Positions 33,801 through 43,318 of a stretch of 64,000 nucleotides of DNA are shown here, piece after piece. The position numbers were made by a program, and so were the translations under genes. The stretch lies in assembly GCA_024704765.1 (NCBI GenBank), contig JAKMXF010000033.1, positions 434,001 through 498,000 on the forward strand. The letters are read 5' to 3'. Origin of the DNA: Oopsacas minuta (lineage: Eukaryota; Animalia; Porifera). The first letter of the stretch is position 1. Each line of letters opens with the position of its first letter. Under the pieces are notes generated by a model. That model ran no database searches and had not been told where the DNA came from. It saw nothing but the letters and a program-made list of their open reading frames with translations.

Positions 33801-33882
33801 CGTTATTAGTGGAAGCAGTGAAGTATCCCGCTCTACGTTTAGTAATTTCACGATCTGATTCTCTCTGTATTGCGGTATGCAT
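30859..33882 (-). CDS. GTPase - MACPF-like - Hint/Hog protein, paralog 5 (1007 aa)
   Basis: G1 GVTGSGKS, G3 DVPGWSD, IGCGYN and YTDFLRKYG. A single Hint starts at C774. The tail GHNLFLPMRL...IHRYAQFL matches the Hedgehog SRR pattern (H..F.PLRL...IHWY..LL). Confidence 0.85.
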   Translation of the reverse strand: MHTAIQRESDREITKRRAGYFTASTNNANNSIIGEDDTFATSYPPKDSYLHLPATLSDARLLAFRGVSHPAMNMVGNSLRAHRASNEAIIFLYGVTGSGKSSTLNHLFNRDLLSTSDTQSCTKDVAEYAVNMTSDDCKIHNLEIGFIDVPGWSDTDGSIQDAVNLNTISKFTRQHPHLSSSYLSIYPNIVLIVVSAVEKRLGGEYSNCAYMLRAVSKLGIVDRVRPNVVFVLTHAGAIPKGRYRETKVTKNNEIQELCRKYLSVPSRVVWIENDIEGNLLDKAGEWTYLTDKEKQPINLFEAMISLMKENGDDIGREAVRMYFSGKLPKHMNPEVKLKVSGRRIAKDSVNIGREIELNDHELNWYKMLMKELQLLVSTEITQKLREYTELNKGVIRFQEMTPLLFYLQEAQFTKLAELQARTLQEIENELKPFLLNKTDKIILLEVFKVQHSSFQEIARVIGCGYNKQTKTISSTNMFDINSLDCDINHNIGIYIPRGIELIPLQSTEISCGEASCMELTTGINDKVYAFDIIHKVCVFVKNKDFAKIKHSKEFLKSIKELPNNAIYTKDQVDVAYTDFLRKYGHWEIEGAIESGRFSGNLTINSISNQHVGEQQVRAMIVHKISMIKDDDKLEENPFEDDIDLNTVPLIFAGGDQGHYCPNFKELTHEKWNKWVQSIFKNPIFDPDDFTLSPISNIVEKIDKTKGEELQKACNMLYSNNKIAQSLKNEYRHSISVIRNRDSIGRLDTSIVDLDEVWTRLDAADKVLQTQKNSCFPGNACVVLKGGNRVRMDELKIGDYVLSIHPTTYKPVYSKVYLWAHRDTHITATFLHITHPHGHLHISANHLILTGDNKRPVPAHQLRVGDTIHFLSPPSSSSPSHQQEDEEGKQKERGNSHTLMSVPVLHIDTCTHKGYYAPFTMNSYIVVDGIAASVFSLPEASLKEFTSLQQIGHNLFLPMRLLEQIGMGATADKYFNGDAKIHRYAQFLQDSYQVLKSMKISFIHSFII

Positions 33883-34597
33883 TTATACTTGGAAGTTGAA
33901 TAGCTAAAATTTGCTAATAGGGCATTTTATGCTTTGTATAGAGATTGTAAACGTATATTTATATATTTATTGAACAGGAAATAGATCGCATTCAATGCTG
34001 TTGGATACATGAATTACTAATTATTAATTTTAGCTATTTAAAAGGTGTTATGTGTACAATATACAAATAATAAGCATAAGGTAAGGCAGAAATATAATTC
34101 TTAAATTATAATTTTAACAATTCTATCAAATGTATGGCAACATAGATTGAAGAAAATCAACAGAGCTATTTGCATACTAATATGGATTAAATATTAAGTA
34201 ATACCATAATGTAGATTTACATAATCTATGCCTTCTAGACTACCTACATTCAATATATTATGAATATATTCCTGAAATATTTACCTGAGATTTTACAGCC
34301 AGAAGCTACTCCAGGGCAATAAATCACTAACACTCGAGGCCTGGATGGGTCCTTATATCAATTTTTACACATTGTCTAGACCCCCTCCCATAAGCTACAA
34401 TACAAATCTTAGGATCCTGAGAACACCATACTGTCGTCCGTGAATCACCAAAATATACTAAGACAGAGGTTTCCGCTGTCTTAGTATATTTCCAATATCT
34501 TTTCACCATTTACCCTCCTACACTGATAAATTCAACAGATATGTATAGTATTATAATATAGCGTGAACAGTAATAAATACTTGTGTTAATGTTCATA

Positions 34598-34664
34598 AAG
34601 CTATTGCCAGATCAGTCATATTACTCCAGAGGTTTCATAAAGTGACGTCATGTAAATTAACAAA
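34598..34664 (-). promoter_or_regulatory. Eukaryotic SECIS element (type II-like) in the SELENOK 3' UTR
   Basis: The minus strand reads A-UGAC-GUCACUUUAUG-AAA-CCUCUGGAG-UAAUAUGAC-UGAU. This gives an AUGA/GA quartet, a helix II of about 10 bp, unpaired AAA and a CUC/GAG ministem. Confidence 0.85.
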
Positions 34665-34705
34665 TAGCTCTAATCAGTGATAACTTGACAGATATGTGTA
34701 CCCGC

Positions 34706-34939
34706 CTATTTTGGCCCTCATCCACCACCTCCCATCATAGGGGTTCTTGGCCCCTTACCTCCGTGTCTTATAGTTCCAAACCTTCTCTGAGTTCCGGTTG
34801 CACCACCCTGACCAAATCTATACTGTGTACTTCCATATGGATTTGATTTGGTCGCTGGGATCAAGGTCATGAAGAATAGAAATAGTATGTTCCATATTTT
34901 AGCAAAGAAATCTTGTATTTGAATGATATATGACGTCAT
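34706..34939 (-). CDS. SELENOK: Selenoprotein K (in-frame UGA at 34718-34720 read as Sec; an additional 5' exon is possible)
   Basis: DFF..IWNILFLFFMTL TM segment, a Gly/Arg-rich middle (RRFGTIRH) and the end PMMGGGG-UGA-GPK-UAG, which matches SelK PPMAGG-U-GR. A SECIS lies downstream. Confidence 0.88.
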
Positions 34940-35432
34940 GATTGTTTGGATATATTTGTTTGTTCTAAGTTAATTAAGCTAAATAGACAACATTATAGGA
35001 GCATGACGAGCATTTTAAAATATCGCAGTAATAACCTGGATTAATATGCTAATCAAGCAACGTCATGTTTGATTAAATCCACGTGTCACACGTGTCACAA
35101 CATTCTGACTTGACAGATTATTGTTAATTAATTTACCGCTTATTTATAATGTACTAGTCACCTCTATAACAAATCTTGGTACGTATATTGAATCTCTATA
35201 AACATTTGCTGATGGCCTAATTCACATTACTGGAGTAGCTCGTGTTACAAATGACCATAATTATACATATATTTTGCCTTGCAATACAATAATAGGCTCC
35301 TGATGGCACAATAATAAGGATTATCTTCTCTAACATATTTGTTGATCTCATATATACATTTCCCTTGCACAACTATATTAGCTGGTTGTATATATTAGTT
35401 TTTTACTTGTATTTTTATTAGTTAGTTACAGC

Positions 35433-37043
35433 ATGATCATGAAGTTACAGTGTATTTGTTTCGCATTCTTATTTCTGGTATCAATCGCCTTAGCACAGGA
35501 ATACAGGTGTATTGAAGGTACATTATGTGACCCTGATAGACTACGTAATATTGCTGATACGGCAGAGACTAGGCTTACAAATATAGTGAATCGTAGGTTG
35601 GCTATTCTAATGGCAAGATTAGAGGCTACCCAGTCCAGGATAAGAGATGTCATTAATAGTGATATCCTCAAGAATAGTCTAACTGACGAATTGGAAGGTG
35701 ATATTGTTGAGTTTCGAGAAGGAGCTAGTGAACTTATTTGTGATGTAATCCAGTATTTGACCAACCGGACTGAGTCCATTCGTGATTCTATCACAAAGTA
35801 CACTCGTACTATTTCATTTTCATATTTAGAAATGATTTTCGATAGAATTCAGAATTCTATTAGATTCCAGGATCTCATAACTGCAATTCGTGAAGCAAAA
35901 CAATGTGTATTAGACAATTTAAACGAGCGTGGATTTATGAATACAACCAATGCAGTTAGTGGTGTAATTTCCAGTAGCAGAGATAGTATAGATAGGATCG
36001 CATCACTAACTCGCACTGCTCTATCCGACTTAACTCCTGTTAAAGATAAACTCTCTGATATCATAGCTAACTTCAGACCTATATCTTCATGTCTGCAGGT
36101 ATACTCTACTAGTCTAGGGTGTAGACTATGTCAACTCCCTGATGACCAAATTACTACTGCTAGTCCATGTTTCGAATTCTGCGGACAAACAATAACTTAC
36201 TGTGTGTCCGTTATAAGAGGTGCTCTCCCTGGGGTAAGAGATGTAGTTAGAATTATAAAGCTCATCTCAGATGCTCTAGAAAAGGGGACGATCCAAGATA
36301 GATTCAGGGATACCTTGGTTTCATTCAGTTCACTAGTTAATGCTATTGAACAGCTGGGTGAGAACGTGTTTAGTTTCCTAAAAGACTTTGACATAGCTGA
36401 CTTTATTCGTGATGTAGCTAACGAGTGTTTCCCTCGTATAGTTGAATCTGTACAAGAATTGTTCGATGAATTCAGATCTGCAATACGTAATGCACTAACT
36501 ACATTAAGAATTGCAATACAAGAAGCTATTGATAATGTTAAAGAAGGAATTACGGATATTATAGACACTATTGGCGGATTATTCGATCGTAGGAGACGAC
36601 AGGTCGATACCAATGAGATTCCTCTCCTGGATGAAGTTCTTCTAGAAATTGTAAATGAATTCTGTGACGAACTATCTTCTACTAGTGAGGATGTATGTTG
36701 GAATGGTACAGATATCGCCCCTTATAACCCTAGCACAACAGCTGATTTTACAGTTTCATCTCAGGCTGATAATCCAGCTGTTAGATATGCTGGAGTAAAT
36801 CCATCAACAGCTGTCAACAGAGCGCAAGCAGAAGTAGCAGCTCTATCCTCTAATTCACCTTCTAGCACTGCTGTGTGTGAGTCTCTTACACAATCAGGAG
36901 GTAATATAACCGTGTATAATGAGCTTTCTACTTCTGATGAAGTATGTTTCAGCGAATTGAACGGAGCTACTCTACTAGCTAGCTCTGTATTCATGGTGCT
37001 CAGTCTCTCCATCCTAGTCCTGCATAGTTTATATGTGTTCTAA
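35433..37043 (+). CDS. Divergent glypican-like GPI-anchored protein 1, single exon
   Basis: Signal peptide, a helical body with CRLC...PCFEFC...YC, an RRRR convertase site, C...CWNG, a QADNP motif and a hydrophobic C-terminal GPI signal. Confidence 0.7.
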   Translation: MIMKLQCICFAFLFLVSIALAQEYRCIEGTLCDPDRLRNIADTAETRLTNIVNRRLAILMARLEATQSRIRDVINSDILKNSLTDELEGDIVEFREGASELICDVIQYLTNRTESIRDSITKYTRTISFSYLEMIFDRIQNSIRFQDLITAIREAKQCVLDNLNERGFMNTTNAVSGVISSSRDSIDRIASLTRTALSDLTPVKDKLSDIIANFRPISSCLQVYSTSLGCRLCQLPDDQITTASPCFEFCGQTITYCVSVIRGALPGVRDVVRIIKLISDALEKGTIQDRFRDTLVSFSSLVNAIEQLGENVFSFLKDFDIADFIRDVANECFPRIVESVQELFDEFRSAIRNALTTLRIAIQEAIDNVKEGITDIIDTIGGLFDRRRRQVDTNEIPLLDEVLLEIVNEFCDELSSTSEDVCWNGTDIAPYNPSTTADFTVSSQADNPAVRYAGVNPSTAVNRAQAEVAALSSNSPSSTAVCESLTQSGGNITVYNELSTSDEVCFSELNGATLLASSVFMVLSLSILVLHSLYVF

Positions 37044-37672
37044 TTATCCATTAGGACTTGTGGAGAGATTAATTAGTGCTTTATAGCACTCTAGGATTAT
37101 ATATATGGAATATACCGTATATATTTAATGTTTGCATTTTGTATTTACTCTTATATGTTACTGCTTGGGTTGATTGAGTTATATTATATTATTAATTGTA
37201 TGAGTAGAATACAGGGGTTTATCCAGGTGCTTGGCGTGTACCCCAAAGAGCGGGCCAGAATTCCTGGAGTAGAACATCATATTTATTTTGATTGCAAATT
37301 GGCACATTTCTATCTTTTAGCAGTGTTGTGAAAGAAGATCCGTTGGTCATGAAGTAGTATATCCTACATTAGTTTAACACAGTAATTGTATTATTAAAAT
37401 GGGTAATAACTATGCTAAGTAGTTGTATTATTATATACAAGATAGCTAGATTAATTAATTAACACACTAGCTTATTCTGTATTCAGTTTCCATACTAATA
37501 TCTGGTATTATAGGATATGATCTAATTCACAGGATTAATTGTTGGTTGTTGATTAGTAACTACAGCTTGGCATGTGTAATGGATCCTTCAACCATTGAAT
37601 GTAAGTACTGGTCAAGTGTCAGATCTCACCTCAATAAATACAGAGATTCGGAATGAGTTAATACGATCAGTT

Positions 37673-39697
37673 ATGAAAATAATTCAGCTTTTATTCGCAA
37701 TATACTTTGCAAATAATGTTGCATTCTCGCAAAACGCGCATCCCAAACCAGCATTTCATTGCCCTAATACGAACTGTGAGCAAAATCAACTTGGAATGAT
37801 TGTAGAACAAGGAATAACTAAATTAACAAACCTAGTTAAAGAAATACTCACCAACAAAATAGCAGAGCTGAAGCAATACGAAAAAGATTTCGATGAATTT
37901 GCAATGGGAAATCAAATTGGTGAGTATTTAGCTGAGAAGTTCAGTATGGGATTATCAGAGCTACTAGATTCAAAAATAGAATTACGGGATAGCATACGTA
38001 GTTACATATTATCAGCTGATACTGATAGAGACTATACTATTATCATAAATCAGCTTGAACATCATAACTCAGTTGTAACTCTACAGGAATTAGTACGAGT
38101 ATTGGAAATAGAGAGGGATATGGACGATATTAATCGCCAGAAGATAGAAGAACTTATTGGATCTCTAAGAACAAACAAAGGATGTGTTCTTAACCATATT
38201 AGAGAGCAAATAGAATCAACAAATGAAAGCAACAATGTTGGAAAATTCATTGAAAGGCTAGCTGTATTTCTGGGGGCGATAAGGGTAGTTGCCTCTCCGA
38301 GAGAATTTACCTACGTCATCAGGAACCTCGGAGAAATCCTAGAGCACTATAAAGTGAGAAAATTTTGTATAGACATATGGTTTGCAAACATTGGCTGTAG
38401 GACATGTAACGACACTACAGGGAGACCTATTACTCATGCTTGTAACGGACTATGCTCTACCACCGTATGGGTGTGTCTAGCACCACTAGTGCGAGCTATT
38501 AGCAGAGCTGATGACGTCATAACGTATAAGCGTATATTAGCCGAGGAAACAGAGACACAGAGTGATAGCATGATATTACCCTCTGTTGATAGTATAGCTG
38601 ATGAATTGGAGAGTTTAACTAGAGAAGCAATACAGCGTATTAATACTGATGACTTAGTTAGTATTCTACCTAGAATAGCTCGTGCATGTGCTTTTGATGC
38701 TGACATAGCTGATACAGAGACTGCTGTTGATATACGTGGCATACTTAATGACAGGATCAATGATTTCTCTAATAAAGACATAACTAGTGTTCCTACTGTA
38801 TCTACTATGACACCAACTAGGGTTACTATAGATCAGGACACCAAGACAAATACGGAGCGAGACCTACAACCTACAATGCCATCTACTCCCGAGGACACAA
38901 TGGCACCTCCTCCAGGGGACACAATGGCACCTCCTCCAGGGGATACAATGGCACCTCCTCCAGGGGACACAATGGCACCTCCTCCAGGGGACACAATGGC
39001 ACCTCCTCCAGGGGACACAATGGCACCTCCTCCAGGGGACACAATGGCACCTCCTCCAGGGGATACAATGGCACCTCCTCCAGGGGACACAATGGCACCT
39101 CCTCCAGGGGACACAATGGCACCTCCTCCCGAGGACACAATGGTACCTCCTCCAGGGGACACAATGGCACCTCCTCCCGAGGACACAATGGCACCTCCTC
39201 CAGGGGACACAATGGCACCTCCTCCAGGGGACACAATGGATCCTGATAATGGAGGAAGAAGGAGGAGGGAGGTAACCCCCATCAGTATCCCTTTACCACC
39301 CGATAACCTCTTACCTTCTATCATACAGATTATATCTAAAATCTGTACAGCAGAATATAGTACAATCACTAATAACAGGTGTTGGAATGGCACACATGTG
39401 GATACATTCATATACAATATAGATTACAGTAGGGAAGTAGATGAGATGGCATTCCAAGCAGTAGGAATAGAGTTTAATCAAGAAAAGTATTTAGCAGAAA
39501 CTTCAGCTATAAGTGGAGGCACTAACCCCTGTGAAGGGATACAAGGGGAGAGTGAAGTATACTATAATGTCATATCAAACTCATCAGCTGTTTGTTTACA
39601 AGAGGGATTTGGTAATAGAAGTATTGGACTAACAGCTAATCTCTGTTTATTGGTTATAGCAATCAGCTTTATGTTACTGCAAGCATTTTATATATAA
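37673..39697 (+). CDS. Divergent glypican-like GPI-anchored protein 2, with a Pro/Thr/Asp repeat insert
   Basis: The ATG is at 37673 (MKIIQLL...). It has CRTC...ACNGLC...VC, RRRR, C...CWNG and a GPI-type tail, and is a tandem paralog of the upstream gene. Confidence 0.7.
   Translation: MKIIQLLFAIYFANNVAFSQNAHPKPAFHCPNTNCEQNQLGMIVEQGITKLTNLVKEILTNKIAELKQYEKDFDEFAMGNQIGEYLAEKFSMGLSELLDSKIELRDSIRSYILSADTDRDYTIIINQLEHHNSVVTLQELVRVLEIERDMDDINRQKIEELIGSLRTNKGCVLNHIREQIESTNESNNVGKFIERLAVFLGAIRVVASPREFTYVIRNLGEILEHYKVRKFCIDIWFANIGCRTCNDTTGRPITHACNGLCSTTVWVCLAPLVRAISRADDVITYKRILAEETETQSDSMILPSVDSIADELESLTREAIQRINTDDLVSILPRIARACAFDADIADTETAVDIRGILNDRINDFSNKDITSVPTVSTMTPTRVTIDQDTKTNTERDLQPTMPSTPEDTMAPPPGDTMAPPPGDTMAPPPGDTMAPPPGDTMAPPPGDTMAPPPGDTMAPPPGDTMAPPPGDTMAPPPGDTMAPPPEDTMVPPPGDTMAPPPEDTMAPPPGDTMAPPPGDTMDPDNGGRRRREVTPISIPLPPDNLLPSIIQIISKICTAEYSTITNNRCWNGTHVDTFIYNIDYSREVDEMAFQAVGIEFNQEKYLAETSAISGGTNPCEGIQGESEVYYNVISNSSAVCLQEGFGNRSIGLTANLCLLVIAISFMLLQAFYI
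38891..39238 (+). repeat. Coding minisatellite, 24 bp x 14.5, encoding (G/E)DTM(A/V)PPP
   Basis: The unit ggggacacaatggcacctcctcca is in frame, and 348 bp equals 14.5 units. Confidence 0.95.
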
Positions 39698-39942
39698 ATT
39701 ATAATTATTTGTATATCTATTTATGTTTGTTCATTTCTGTTTGTATTTATGCTGTAAAGTATTAATTAAGCGTGCAGTTTCAACCTATTCAAGTTTATCA
39801 TGTAAGTAAATCAATAAATTCAATACTAAGACTGCATTTAATTATGCGAGGCCCCAATTTTATGTTGTAAGATCACGTATAACGCGGAGACTAGCTTGTA
39901 ATATTCATACACATAAATTTACACATGTGTATCTAAAACTAA

Positions 39943-40098
39943 GTGGTGGTTCCTGGTCCATGGCATGGACCCTTGGTGGTACACGGACGATGTCAGGGGG
40001 TCCATGTCCACAGACCACAAGATCTCAAAATTTGTATTGCAGTCTATGGGAGAGCCGAGGGATAGAGGTCCATGGGTGAAAAAGGTTGGGAACCTCTG
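39943..40098. mobile_element. MITE family B (hAT/Charlie-like) copy
   Basis: Ends resemble gtggttcc ... ggttgggaacctctg. The internal block is shared with the copies at 6688, 14000 and 56085. Confidence 0.6.
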
Positions 40099-40287
40099 AA
40101 TTGAAGAGGCAATACTGATATAAATGAATTTAATAAGACATATAATATAGGGTGATTGAATAAATAAAAATATATAAAATCGTACATATACTCACTTAGG
40201 TAAGTTGAGCCTAACTATGAATAACTAGTGCTAGTTGTCAGAAGCTAAAAACGTGTGTTATAAGGGATTTGTGACTACGAATGGGTT

Positions 40288-43200
40288 TCAACATATATTT
40301 GAGAGGTTCAGTATTTGGGCTCTGATGAATAGGCTATTATTCAGACAGTAGGGACCAGTAGACTCTATGTTTGGTACTGTTAGAATACTACTTTTGTCAA
40401 CAATAGGCGAGCGAGTTGGTCTAGGAAAGAAGAAATTATCATCCAAGTGTATGTGTGCGAAATCATGCGCCTGATTAAGCACATAATACCGTACAGTTCC
40501 TCCTACAGGCCATTGTAACTTATCATCACATTCACTAGGCATAATCTCTAATGCAACTTTAACTCTAACTCCACTTTGGCTAGACAACAGAGCGACCTGT
40601 AAACGTAGTTGATATCCCTCCTGCATGGATAGGAAAGGATTACTGTATACAGTAGTCTGCTCTACTATAGTTTTGTGTACACGTGATATCCTAAGGACCC
40701 TCTCTCCGGAGGTAGGAAACCTCTCTCCTGCTCTTCTTATCAGCTCCAAACCGTAGCTATCAGGAGCTGAGCTCTGGGGTGCACGGATAGATGACGTAAC
40801 GGTAAGAGGAGGTGTGTTAGAAAAGTTGGAACGAGAAGGGAGTGACGGTTTAACGGGGATAATTTCCGGGACATTATGTGATACTGTTGTATCAATAGGC
40901 ATATTTGGTAGTGATTCAGGTTGTCGTTGTAATTTAGGATTATCTTGCTTTATCTTCCGATTAATAGTATCTTTAAGAACTACCATCTCTAACTCGAGAT
41001 TATTAATCCTGTCAATATGAGCTGTCTCAAGTTTAGGTGTTAATTTATTCATGTCAGCTGTAAGGCTCTGGAATATCTTAGCAGCATTATGGTCAAGTTC
41101 CCTAACTTGTCGTCTGAACTTTTCCATTTTATCCTCAATTTCTTTATCTGTTTCCTTCTGATCTGTGTAATCAACAACATGTTGACTTTTGACAGTAGAC
41201 TGTAGTTTATCAATCTGGTTATTCATGTTAGCTATGTCAGGTATCATTTTCCTCATTTCTACAACCTGTTCAGCTATCTCCTCTGTTAATATTGCTTTAA
41301 CTGAATCAGACCTCTCTTCTATTAGTTTCTCTAGGGTAGCTTTCTGGGAGGTTGTGAGTCCCATGGATGGTAGGTCTCTCTGTAGGAACTCCTCGATACC
41401 ATCCACCCTCTGGACTACACCCTCCTCTCCCCAAACCTTTTTAACCTCTTTATCCAAGTTCATAAGTCCATTCTGTATCTGCTCAATATCTCTAGACACG
41501 GTATCTACTCTTAAACTTAACTCATCACTCTGTCGACTGGTCTGCTCTAGACGGGAGTCGTAAGACTCCTGTAGCTCCTTCACACCCATTTCTAGATGGA
41601 GGAGGAGTTCCTCTGGTCCAGGAGTGTCAACAGGTTTCTTATCACTCACCTGTCTGGATATCTGATCTATCTTACGATTAAGGGAGCTACACTCTGAATA
41701 CAGAGAATTACATTTTTGCTGAATAACATCTACACAATCTCTGTTGTGTTCTTCACATTCTTCTAATTTCTTACGTAGCGTGTTTGTATCACATGACATC
41801 TTGTTACCAAGCTCCAGTCTTAACGCGTCTACCTTATGATCAAACGAACCAGCTGATCGATCAGCTGTTGAATCCTGTAGATTATTAACCAGCTGTTCTA
41901 ATCGTATTAACCTATTATCATTAGGATATCTGACTAACTCCATTGTCTGCTGTGTCTCATTTATATGATGTTCTGCTTGTTCAACTCTATTATCCATACG
42001 TTTAAACCCGGCCTGTAGCTCAGTGTTAGTCACAGCTAGAGAGGTTTTCAATTTTCTAATCTCTTCAAATAACTTCTCTACTCCCTCTTCCTCTGCTCCT
42101 ACTGAATGTTCATCAGATTCCAATGATACAGAATGATCTCTAAGTGTACGCAGTCTAAGCTTAAATCCTCTTTGAGATTCTTCCAATAAATCAACCTATA
42201 CAATATACAGTCAACTCCCGTATATCGAACCTCAAGGGACCGCTATAATGACTTCGATATAACCACTAAAATATATGTTACTTAGACGGTTCGGATATCC
42301 GTGTTCGATATAACGGGAGTTTACTGTATTAATAATAATGGAGTAACACACTCAAATAATATATTATACAAACCTTCGTTTGTAGAAGTTTCAGCTCTAC
42401 AGAAACCCCGTCCATATCACGAGCACTATCAAACACTCCCATTTCATCCAATAATTCATTCACCATTTCCCGAGATACATCCTTTCCTTTGGCCTGCTTA
42501 CCCTCACCAATAGGTGCGCCCGTATTCCCTGCTAATTGATCCTCTAGGCTCCAACAAGTACGTTGCACCCGATCCAATTTATCTTTCAGCTCAGTGACTT
42601 CTACTTGAATCTCAGAATTTATCTTCATGCGTATCTTCCTGATATCCATGGTGGCACTGTTAGTTGTTATTGTGAGTGAGTCTACTTGATCCCCTAATCC
42701 CCTTATTTCGCTCCTCTGTTTCTTCCTCAGCTCTGCTATCTGATTCTGCACGCCCTCATCTACTCCAGAATCCAATACAGACCGTCTCCTTCCTCCTGTA
42801 CCGGTGTCTACAGAGTCTCTGAGCTGACTGACGTCATTCCATAACTTCTGATAAGATATCTTCAGTTCTCTGTACTTATCAGCTAACTCATCTGTTACTT
42901 CTGTAGTCTGATTCTTCTCCAGCTGTTCTACCTGTTTAGACAGCTGGGAAATACGTCTATCATCACGAATAGCTTGGTTAGAAGCTTCTATCTCTACTAG
43001 TCTCTCCTGGACATTTCTCAGTTCCTGACTAAGGTCTTGTCTGCTCGCCTCTCTCCTCCCTGCCCCCTCAATCCTAGCCTTGCTCTCCAGAGTTTCTAAC
43101 CTCCTCATCAGGGTAGGAAGCCCCAATCTGTCAAATTTATCCATCTTCTCTTCCAAATGATGTAAACTCTTGGTTAGTGAGATTACGTCACTAACCTCTT

Positions 43201-43318
43201 CTGTATAGCGACAAGATACGATGTGCTCATCTAGTTCCTCACTGCTCAGGAACTTCTTTAGGCATCCAAACTCTTTGTTCGGACATTGTTTTACCCCAGT
43301 ATTCCACGGCAGAGACAT
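40288..43318 (-). CDS. TRAF-like protein: TRAF-type zinc finger, very long coiled coil, C-terminal MATH domain; 2 visible exons
   Basis: CPNKEFGC...H...C zinc finger. The intron at about 42360-42197 contains a MITE. The MATH region reads SNPF...GYQLRL...IMPSECDDKLQWP...VLNQ...NNSLFIRAQI. Confidence 0.75.
42208..42326. mobile_element. MITE family A copy in the TRAF-like intron
   Basis: TA-CAGTCAACTCCCGTATATCGAAC ... GTTCGATATAACGGGAGTTTACTG-TA. Confidence 0.8.

Noticed and set aside
34327-34509. 60-aa ORF between the cluster and SELENOK
   Set aside because: It has no recognisable motif and overlaps a hairpin and a probable repeat fragment.
38833-39417. 24-bp repeat as a CRISPR array, or the antisense ORFs (IVSPGGGA / CPLEEVPL repeats) as genes
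   Set aside because: The units are head-to-tail with no spacers, there are no cas genes and the context is eukaryotic. The antisense frames are open only because the unit lacks stops.
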